Position numbers and translations under genes: made by a program. Below are positions 17,243-23,954 of a stretch of DNA of 63,785 bases, piece after piece. Within the stretch, counting starts at the first letter, position 1; each line of letters opens with the position of its first letter. The notes beneath the pieces are model-generated. The model saw only the letters and a program-made list of their open reading frames with translations. It did not search any database and had not been told where the DNA came from. Source of the stretch: a virus (lineage: Duplodnaviria; Caudoviricetes); IMG/VR virus record IMGVR_UViG_3300032157_000216, positions 1-63,785 of that record. One strand, written 5' to 3'.

Positions 17243-18016
17243 TTATTGATAATTTTCTGGTTGCATTATCCAGATATCATCTGTTAACCTTCTTGGATCT
17301 TCAAACCAACCATATGGCATCTTGAAATCTCCGTTAAGTCCCCAACCGGTTCCCCAAGAGTTTCTAACCCATACATATGGTTCTTTAACATCTCTTTCAT
17401 CATAACCAACTGCGGTTACAGCATGGCCGCCAACAATATAATCTTCGTCTGTTGGTAATCTAACCCATCCTGTTGTCGCAACTTCATCGCTCATAAAATA
17501 TTCAGGGACTGAGAATCCAAACACAACAGGTATTCTCAATGCCAATGCTGTCTTTATATCAGTGATGGTATCTAATCTTTGATAAGATCTAATCATCGGA
17601 GGTATAAGTTTAGCATTTTTATACGCTCTTGTCGACGGTTTCCTTGCAAATCTTTCAATGATGTATGGCCAAACTGCCTCAGTTGCTACGCCATACTTAC
17701 AAATACCTTTGATGACATCACGAATATATGCACCATCATCGTACTTTGTATTATTTTCTATTTTTCGAGCAGTATAATACGCCATCAACCTAGAATATTG
17801 AACACCTGTGCCCAATATTATTTCTAATGCTGTGGTTGCTGCATTTCCGGTGCAGGAACCTAACTGACCTTGATCTTCAACTTGATTATTTACACTCAAT
17901 GGAGCAATATAATCAGGAAGTATTACCGCTGAAGAGGCAGTAAAGAGCTTATCTCTATGATCTGCTACCTCCGGTTTCCATTTAAATACACGTGGTTTAA
18001 GCATGATGGCCTCCAT
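17243..18016 (-). CDS. Papain-family (C1A) cysteine peptidase
   Basis: DQGQLGSCTG, GGHAV and RNSWG..WG..G. Confidence 0.9.
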   Translation of the reverse strand: MEAIMLKPRVFKWKPEVADHRDKLFTASSAVILPDYIAPLSVNNQVEDQGQLGSCTGNAATTALEIILGTGVQYSRLMAYYTARKIENNTKYDDGAYIRDVIKGICKYGVATEAVWPYIIERFARKPSTRAYKNAKLIPPMIRSYQRLDTITDIKTALALRIPVVFGFSVPEYFMSDEVATTGWVRLPTDEDYIVGGHAVTAVGYDERDVKEPYVWVRNSWGTGWGLNGDFKMPYGWFEDPRRLTDDIWIMQPENYQ

Positions 18017-18052
18017 ATAAATTATTATTTATATGAATGACCTAAAATAAAA

Positions 18053-18156
18053 CAGGTTGTTGTTGCTAACCCGGGACTCGAACCCACGCAACACCCCCAG
18101 CGGGACAGGCACGAAAAGTTTTGGCTCGTATATTTTTGTTTGCTGTAATCAACCTT
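18053..18156 (-). ncRNA. CAGCAA-scaffold RNA copy E4, carrying hairpins and a T-loop module
   Basis: AAG-GTTGATTA-CAGCAA...TGTTGC-GT-GGG-TTCGAGT-CCC...GCAACA-A-CAACCTG. Confidence 0.7.
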
Positions 18157-18167
18157 CAGAAACTAAA

Positions 18168-18287
18168 CAGGATACCTTTTTAGATAGGCTATCAACCTAT
18201 TGCCAAACCATTTGGCGTACAACGCAGAAGCGTAGTGTTGGAATTGAACCAACTAGTCTTATTAAGACTTTTGCTGCATGTATCCTT
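18168..18287 (-). ncRNA. CAGCAA-scaffold RNA copy E5, carrying a circularly permuted tRNA-Ile(GAT)
   Basis: Inside the AGGATAC/GTATCCT stem the order is T arm, acceptor 3' strand, TTCT, acceptor 5' strand, D arm, anticodon arm. Confidence 0.75.
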
Positions 18288-18292
18288 CAAAC

Positions 18293-18369
18293 TGGTACCC
18301 CCGGAGAGATTCGAACTCCCATCCAACACGTTCTAAGCGTGTCCGCACTACCAATTAGCGTACGGGGGC
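18293..18369 (-). tRNA. tRNA-Leu(TAG), short variable loop
   Basis: ACACG-CTTAGAA-CGTGT; CCA. Confidence 0.9.
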
Positions 18370-18534
18370 AAAATAATTTTCGGAATAGCGGCGATGTAAG
18401 GTCACATACCTAGTCACATAATCCTGTTGGTCTGTTGTGTGGCCACACAACATTCCACGTTTGTTTCGAAGTAGGTACCCGTCTACCAGCCCATGTGGAC
18501 CCAATAGAACATCCTCGTATACTTCAAATTATAT

Positions 18535-18610
18535 TGGCCCGACCTCTCTGTTACGATCAGAGTTCTCATGTTCTTCAGACATGCGTGAGGACCACCTTCA
18601 CCAAGGTCGG
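18535..18610 (-). tRNA. tRNA-Phe(GAA), divergent body
   Basis: CATGT-CTGAAGA-ACATG; T-loop ATCGTAA; G73; CCA. Confidence 0.8.
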
Positions 18611-18613
18611 ATA

Positions 18614-18687
18614 TGCATACCATCGAGGATTCGAACCCCGACTTTAAGGTTTTGGAGACCCAACGACTGCCGTTATCTTAATGGTAT
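18614..18687 (-). tRNA. tRNA-Trp(CCA), CCA end not encoded
   Basis: Loop CTCCAAA; ATACCAT/ATGGTAT acceptor; G73. Confidence 0.8.
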
Positions 18688-19311
18688 ATTTTTCTTTATA
18701 TAATCCCAACTCAACTGAGTTTTATCTAGGATCATAATCATTATTTTATTTTGTTCTATTACTCTTTCAATCTTTTCTTTATCTAAAATGCGAACATACG
18801 GATTCTTCGGATCTAGATATAGATCATAATCTATTAAATAAAAATCAGGATAATATCTTCTCTTTTGATTATTTAAATCAAAATAAAGCAATGGTGATGG
18901 TCTATTCCATCTAACTTTATTTTTATCTAAATCAATCGCTAATTCATATTCCCAGTTTGATTCAAATCTAACACCATTATACAAAATTCTTTTAGATGCT
19001 GTATAACGATTTTCCATCTTACTCTGCATTATAGACGATATTCTTTCTTTACATTCCAAAGTATGAGGAGTTCTATGTGGAATATATTCACCAATTCGAA
19101 TCTTTTCTTTAAAAGTTAAAGATCCCTGCATTATACTTTCATCAGTAAACTTAGTTTTACCTTTTTTAGATGATATTTTTCCCTTCATCCCATTCACATA
19201 ATTTCTATTTGGATTTATCGGGCAACACCTTTCGTGATTTCTATGACTATTCTCATTATGACATTCTTTATCACAAAATCTACATGATAACATTAACTTC
19301 TCCGGTAGCAC
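18673..19311 (-). CDS. Putative free-standing PD-(D/E)xK (TnsA-like) endonuclease
   Basis: N-terminal CxxC...H...C; FESNWE, YYPDFYL and LYLDPK. Confidence 0.75.
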   Translation of the reverse strand: MLPEKLMLSCRFCDKECHNENSHRNHERCCPINPNRNYVNGMKGKISSKKGKTKFTDESIMQGSLTFKEKIRIGEYIPHRTPHTLECKERISSIMQSKMENRYTASKRILYNGVRFESNWEYELAIDLDKNKVRWNRPSPLLYFDLNNQKRRYYPDFYLIDYDLYLDPKNPYVRILDKEKIERVIEQNKIMIMILDKTQLSWDYIKKNIPLR

Positions 19312-19421
19312 AGTTATTTATCATAGACCGCTGTGCTACCGAGATATATTTGAATCAGGCTTCACACCTAAATTGTCTGTTGCCTAGTGCATTATTCAGG
19401 CTTACAGATAACCCCTCGATT

Positions 19422-19497
19422 TGGCTCCGCAAGAACGATTCGAACGCTCCTCACTTGGTTAACAGCCAAGGGTACTCACCGAGAATACGATTGCGGA
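19422..19497 (-). tRNA. tRNA-Asn(GTT)
   Basis: CTTGG-CTGTTAA-CCAAG; G73; CCA. Confidence 0.9.
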
Positions 19498-19508
19498 ATT
19501 GAATTATC

Positions 19509-19574
19509 TGATGTATATAGGAATCGAACCTAGACTTGGCTTTAGTTCAGCTTTGCCGTCCACGGCATACATCA
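19509..19574 (-). ncRNA. Miniature tRNA-like RNA or tRNA pseudogene
   Basis: TGATGTAT/ATACATCA terminal stem and TAGG-TTCGATT-CCTA T arm; degenerate anticodon arm; no CCA. Confidence 0.5.
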
Positions 19575-19578
19575 TATT

Positions 19579-19652
19579 TGGTAGGTCTTGAAGGAGTCAA
19601 ACCTTCGTAGGCCGCCTATCAAGCAGCTATTCTATCATTGAATTAAAGACCC
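19579..19652 (-). tRNA. tRNA-Ile(GAT)
   Basis: GCTGC-TTGATAG-GCGGC; CCA. Confidence 0.9.
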
Positions 19653-19743
19653 AAATTGGTGCCGAGCCAGGACTTAATGCATTACAGAAAGGGCCTGGCC
19701 TACCGGCGATCTGCTGAATGCAGTAACCTTTCTTGCTAAATTT

Positions 19744-19819
19744 TGGAGCAGGTGGCGGGAATCGAACCCGCGCCTTTAGTTTGGAAGACTATGATGCTAC
19801 CATTAGACACCACACCTGC
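19744..19819 (-). tRNA. tRNA-Gly(TCC)
   Basis: Loop CTTCCAA; T73; CCA. Confidence 0.9.
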
Positions 19820-19945
19820 ATATTCGTGCCTGGACTTAGTAACGCGCCTAACAGACTTGCGCGACTTACGGACGAGTATACATGTACAAGGTCTACTCGT
19901 CTATCTTTTGTTCTTACCAAGCCCTTTCGAGCTTGGATTTTTCAT

Positions 19946-20974
19946 TTAGACCGGAGCACCGATCCAAATCATCAGGCCCATGCCCTTGGTAAGCTTACGG
20001 TTAACCGACGTCGATTGGACGTAGATTTCATAGTTACCATGCTGGCCCGGAGCAACCTTAACATCACCGGAATGCGGCAAGCCGAGAAGATCACGCGCAC
20101 CATATCCGCTGTAAACAGCACCAGTCGTCTTATCACGAACGGCAATCTGTTTATAGCCTTGAACAGTTTCGGTCTTCTTCAGTTCATAAAATGCACAACC
20201 CTTAACAAAGGTAACGCCTTGATCATTCACGAAGTCACGAATCTGGCAACCGTCCCACTGAGCATCCACTTCATACACATCCACCTGCTTAGAAATATCA
20301 ACCAGAGTGGCTTTTACTTCCTTCAGGCTGACATTACTCATGTCAGTATAGAATTTGTCAGTGCTCCTTACACCAGTAGCACGAGCTGCATAGAAGCCCT
20401 TGAACGCACTCTTGGTAGCAGCGGTAGAAACTTGAACACCACGTTCAGATTGTTCCCATTCCTGAATGTTACCATCAGGAATACCATATTGGGTAAGCGA
20501 ACGCTTATAACCCTTCGGTACACGGAACACAAACGTCCAACGATCAGTTGCTTGAAGTTCCTTGATCATCTTTGCAACGGATGAACCCGAATGCTTACAG
20601 CTTGCATTTTCCTCACCATCAGTGGTGGTAAACACAACAAAAGAAACATCAGGATCATCGGCATCCGGAACAGCTTTCAATTGCTCAACCAAGTCACCCA
20701 CCGCATCAAACAACGGAGTTCCGTGGCCCCTGGCGCTATAACTCGATTCGGTAATCGGCTTCAACGCAGTGACAGACGAATTCTTGATAACGGTACGTAC
20801 CTGATTGGTATTACCATATCCAAGTTCAACAACCGATACAATAGTATCGATGCCATGATTGGCTGCTTCCTCTTTGATCGACACAATGTTATCATTGTAG
20901 TCACGTGCGGCGTGACGTGCAATAGTAGCCATCGAGCCGGAGTGATCTCGTGCAAAACCAATGTAGTTCTTCAT
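19946..20974 (-). CDS. von Willebrand factor A (vWA) domain protein
   Basis: MIDAS motif DHSGSM, GTPLFDAV and TDGEEN; GAAAGG RBS. Confidence 0.85.
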   Translation of the reverse strand: MKNYIGFARDHSGSMATIARHAARDYNDNIVSIKEEAANHGIDTIVSVVELGYGNTNQVRTVIKNSSVTALKPITESSYSARGHGTPLFDAVGDLVEQLKAVPDADDPDVSFVVFTTTDGEENASCKHSGSSVAKMIKELQATDRWTFVFRVPKGYKRSLTQYGIPDGNIQEWEQSERGVQVSTAATKSAFKGFYAARATGVRSTDKFYTDMSNVSLKEVKATLVDISKQVDVYEVDAQWDGCQIRDFVNDQGVTFVKGCAFYELKKTETVQGYKQIAVRDKTTGAVYSGYGARDLLGLPHSGDVKVAPGQHGNYEIYVQSTSVNRKLTKGMGLMIWIGAPV

Positions 20975-21006
20975 GTATACCTTTCTGTGTAGTAATGTAC
21001 TCTCTT

Positions 21007-21035
21007 ACTATACAATAAGTACATCACTTTGTCAA
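21007..21035 (-). promoter_or_regulatory. Sigma70-type promoter of the vWA gene
   Basis: TTGACA-17 nt-TATAGT. Confidence 0.75.
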
Positions 21036-21547
21036 CTGGTGTCGCTAATTCGTTTTAATGCTTTTCGCCCCTTGCCTTTATTCTTAGCACCAAAAGTTGG
21101 TGTTTGTGAATGGCAATTTGGACACAATAATCTAACGTTAGATGGCAAATTATTATTTGAAAATCCATTGATATGATCTAAATGAAGACTCAATGGTTCT
21201 CCCGACCAATCTGATATTCCACATTTCATACATTTGTATCCAAATCTTTCAATTAAGACTTGTTTTATTGTCGAATTTTCTACTAATTCGCCTTTATCAA
21301 ATTTTTCTGATCTTCGTTTTTTACAAGTATCTATTCTTTGTTCTACATTCTTAGACACCAATAATGATTTTTCTGTCCTAATCTTATTAGTCTTTCTATT
21401 AGACTCTAATAGTCTAGAGGATTGTTTAGCCGAAATAGATTTCTTTAGTTTATCTTTATCTGTCCATGTTCTACTATTAGCACATTTTCTACAACAATAA
21501 ACCCCAGGCTTATTATGTAAATTTGGACATTTAGGACATTGTTTCAT
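21032..21547 (-). CDS. HNH homing endonuclease
   Basis: CMKCG, LHLDHING..NN...N.RLLCPNCH. Confidence 0.9.
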   Translation of the reverse strand: MKQCPKCPNLHNKPGVYCCRKCANSRTWTDKDKLKKSISAKQSSRLLESNRKTNKIRTEKSLLVSKNVEQRIDTCKKRRSEKFDKGELVENSTIKQVLIERFGYKCMKCGISDWSGEPLSLHLDHINGFSNNNLPSNVRLLCPNCHSQTPTFGAKNKGKGRKALKRISDTS

Positions 21548-21601
21548 AATCGAACTCCGATAAAAAGTTAATACACTATTTATCTAAGTTCGATTAACAT
21601 T

Positions 21602-21722
21602 TGGTGTCGCTGGACGGAGTCGAACGCGTCATCACTTCCTTATGATGGAATGATTTTGATTGCTGTATGTATCCTTGTCAGGATCACTTTCTTTAAGTGT
21701 GTTACCCTTACACTACAGCGAC
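21602..21722 (-). tRNA. tRNA(CAT) interrupted by a 46-nt permuted CAGCAA-scaffold copy (E6)
   Basis: Removing 21651-21696 gives a 75-nt cloverleaf with CTTCC-ATCATAA-GGAAG and CCA. Confidence 0.75.
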
Positions 21723-21824
21723 ATTATTGGAGCACCTATCTAATATAGTTAATAGAGACTAGGGAAGGAGCATTGATTGAGAGGGCCTATCTAATATAGA
21801 TTAGAGATCGATAGGCTCAAATTT

Positions 21825-21900
21825 TGGTGGGTTGCCAGGGAGTCAAACCCTGCTGAGTCTCCTTAAGAGGGAGGTACATCTGTCGCTCTGTCAACAACCC
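21825..21900 (-). tRNA. tRNA-Lys(CTT)
   Basis: CTCC-CTCTTAA-GGAG; CCA. Confidence 0.85.
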
Positions 21901-21904
21901 GAAA

Positions 21905-21979
21905 TGGTATCGCGTACGGGAATCGGACCCGTCTACACTGGTTGAAAGCCAGTTGACCTCACCAAAAGTCAAACGCGAT
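21905..21979 (-). tRNA. tRNA-Glu(TTC), second copy
   Basis: ACTGG-CTTTCAA-CCAGT; CCA. Confidence 0.85.
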
Positions 21980-21985
21980 GTAATG

Positions 21986-22060
21986 TGGATCACCCAGCTG
22001 GGTTCGAACCAGCATCCTGAGGGCCAAAACCTCATGTCCTACCAATTAGACGACAGGTGA
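21986..22060 (-). tRNA. tRNA-Gln(TTG), third copy
   Basis: TGAGG-TTTTGGC-CCTCA; CCA. Confidence 0.8.
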
Positions 22061-22067
22061 ATAAATT

Positions 22068-22141
22068 TGGTCCCTCCGCCAAGAATTGAACTTGGAATTA
22101 GCGATTATCGGTCGCTTAGTATACCATTTACTTAAAGAGGG
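22068..22141 (-). tRNA. tRNA-Ile(GAT), second copy (C33)
   Basis: AGCGA-CCGATAA-TCGCT; CCA. Confidence 0.85.
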
Positions 22142-22146
22142 AAATC

Positions 22147-22220
22147 TGGTCAGTCTAGCAAGAATCGAACTTGCGCTTCCACGCTCCGAAGGTGGGATGA
22201 TACCATTTCATCATAGACTG
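22147..22220 (-). tRNA. tRNA-Pro(CGG)
   Basis: Loop TTCGGAG; C1:G72; A73; CCA. Confidence 0.85.
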
Positions 22221-22322
22221 AAATAAAAACTGTTAGGTTCGACTTTCATCACATACCATCGTGTTATACTTACGTAGAGCGAACCGGGATAGTATCGACT
22301 TTATAATTACTCTAACAAAACT

Positions 22323-22396
22323 TGGTCAGGGTAGGTGGAATCGAACCACCGTCGTCCGGTTCCAGGCCGGGGAGTCTACCATTGATTTACACCCTG
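22323..22396 (-). tRNA. tRNA-Pro(TGG) (C33, A37)
   Basis: CCGG-CCTGGAA-CCGG; CCA. Confidence 0.85.
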
Positions 22397-22415
22397 AATA
22401 TAGATAAATATCATT

Positions 22416-23033
22416 ATGAACTTATCTGAAATACGATCACATCCTGATCAAAATCCAAAACTTAAAACTATCGACGTTATAAAACAAAATGAAAAAATAT
22501 ATGGCGATAAACTATTTGTTCATTTTAGTCGAATTGATAAACTTGGAATAAATCCAAATTATGGCTGGGAATTTACACCAGCTGGTCTCTATGCTAGATC
22601 AGTTGAAGAAGCACTTCATGATCTACAAAGTAATTATTTCTATGATCAATATAAATTTGCAACACTTCTAACATTCAGTTCATCTGCAAAAATACTCAAC
22701 CTTTCATCTACAAATCAAAATACATTAAACAATCTTATGAGATTAGCTTATGATTTCTATAAGAAAAAAACGAATATTACTGATAAAAATGCTAAACCAT
22801 TCTTGGATATGAATGTCAGAGAAACATGGCATAAAATTGCAGGAATCTTTATGGATCTCTGGGACAAAGATCAACGAAGTCCTTTCTACTGGAATGCAAT
22901 CGTTCGTAAATTAGGATATAATGTCTTAATGGATAATGACGGAATCATTCATGAAGATCACACCACTCAAGTTGTATTCTTAACACCAGACTCTTATAAA
23001 GTTATCACACAAGAAATAATTAGAAGAAAATAA
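22416..23033 (+). CDS. Hypothetical protein, antisense to the tRNA cluster
   Basis: 205 aa ORF starting 5 nt after GATAAATA. Confidence 0.7.
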   Translation: MNLSEIRSHPDQNPKLKTIDVIKQNEKIYGDKLFVHFSRIDKLGINPNYGWEFTPAGLYARSVEEALHDLQSNYFYDQYKFATLLTFSSSAKILNLSSTNQNTLNNLMRLAYDFYKKKTNITDKNAKPFLDMNVRETWHKIAGIFMDLWDKDQRSPFYWNAIVRKLGYNVLMDNDGIIHEDHTTQVVFLTPDSYKVITQEIIRRK

Positions 23034-23035
23034 AT

Positions 23036-23109
23036 TGGAGCCCCATGACCGAATCAAACGATCGTCCTCTGACTACAAAACAGTTATTCTATCACTGAAC
23101 TAATAGGGC
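23036..23109 (-). tRNA. tRNA-Thr(TGT)
   Basis: Loop TTTGTAG; CCA. Confidence 0.85.
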
Positions 23110-23115
23110 ATTATT

Positions 23116-23523
23116 CTAACACCGACCGAAAATGTCGGATTTTATTTCTTTTTCTAACATTCTCAATTTCGAATGTTTTGATAAAGCTTCTTTAACAATC
23201 GGAGTGTTCATTACAGTTTCATGAATTTCGTTATGTCTTTTTTTATTTTCTAATTCTAATGGAGTACCATACATAATCTCATCCCATGACATTCCAAATT
23301 CTTTTTCTACTATAACATTTGATTCAGACTCGGAGAAACCTAAATTACCTAATTCACCCAATCTTCTCAAACATTTTAATGATCGACTAAATGTAATGTT
23401 ACTTATATCGAGTTCTCTCCTTAATTCCATTAATTTCTGTAATTCTACATTATTCTCAATCTTTTTATGTAAAAAAATTACTCTCTTCCTTAATTTAAGA
23501 ATCTTCTTTTCTTTTCTTTGCAT
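23116..23523 (-). CDS. Hypothetical protein
   Basis: Start at MQRKEK preceded by GGAG. Confidence 0.6.
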   Translation of the reverse strand: MQRKEKKILKLRKRVIFLHKKIENNVELQKLMELRRELDISNITFSRSLKCLRRLGELGNLGFSESESNVIVEKEFGMSWDEIMYGTPLELENKKRHNEIHETVMNTPIVKEALSKHSKLRMLEKEIKSDIFGRC

Positions 23524-23560
23524 ACACTTCTCCGTATTGCAAATATTTAGCAAACTAAAA

Positions 23561-23617
23561 CAGAGTACACATTTGGCTTCATTTACAGTGAATTTTTGGA
23601 TTGCTGAAGGTACTCTT
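23561..23617 (-). ncRNA. CAGCAA-scaffold RNA copy E7, carrying a Tyr(GTA) anticodon stem-loop
   Basis: AAG-AGTACCTT-CAGCAA...TTCA-CTGTAAA-TGAA...GTACTCTG. Confidence 0.8.
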
Positions 23618-23623
23618 TAAACT

Positions 23624-23699
23624 TGGCGCCGCTGAAGGGAATCAAACCCTCCTAAATCCGCTAGACAGGCGGTTGCACTCATCAGAATGCGACAACGGC
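23624..23699 (-). tRNA. tRNA-Asp(GTC) (T37)
   Basis: CCGC-CTGTCTA-GCGG; G73; CCA. Confidence 0.85.
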
Positions 23700-23708
23700 A
23701 TGATAAAA

Positions 23709-23763
23709 CAGTGTTCTTATTTTCAATTAAAAGTTGAATTTTGAATTTGCTGAACGAACACTT
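23709..23763 (-). ncRNA. CAGCAA-scaffold RNA copy E8, carrying a Lys(TTT) anticodon stem-loop
   Basis: AAG-TGTTCGTT-CAGCAA...TTCAA-CTTTTAA-TTGAA...GAACACTG. Confidence 0.8.
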
Positions 23764-23789
23764 TAGAAAACTTTATTGTATTGTAGTAT

Positions 23790-23948
23790 TTGTCAGGTTA
23801 TTGTTCTACAACATTACGACGCAACATTAGGCAGGATTTTCACCCTTTCGCAACCGCGCGCCTAACTCCACTGCTCGATACCACCACCTAGTTTACATGT
23901 ATAGAAACAGTTGCGTTATATATACACAACACTAGGCTGTCCGGACAA
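23790..23948 (-). ncRNA. Putative structured ncRNA
   Basis: TTGTC.GG / CC.GACAA terminal stem; CCTAG/CTAGG and TTAGGC/GCCTAA arms. Confidence 0.45.
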
Positions 23949-23954
23949 TAAATA

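Noticed and set aside
19509-19574. Amber suppressor tRNA and stop-codon recoding
   Set aside because: CTA is not centred in a proper loop, long genes are intact in the standard code, and TAG and TGA both end genes.
19657-19740. Twister or HDV-like (theta) ribozyme downstream of tRNA-Gly
   Set aside because: I could not assemble the required double-pseudoknot pairings by eye; a covariance search would settle it.
22231-22317. Hammerhead ribozyme (TGATGA...GAA)
   Set aside because: The core lacks the CUGAnGA start, a stem II and a GAAA...UH arrangement.
6802-23763. Scaffold repeats as a CRISPR array or as preQ1-type riboswitches
   Set aside because: The copies are dispersed and conserved in pairing rather than sequence, no cas genes are present, and they are not positioned as 5' UTRs of coding genes.
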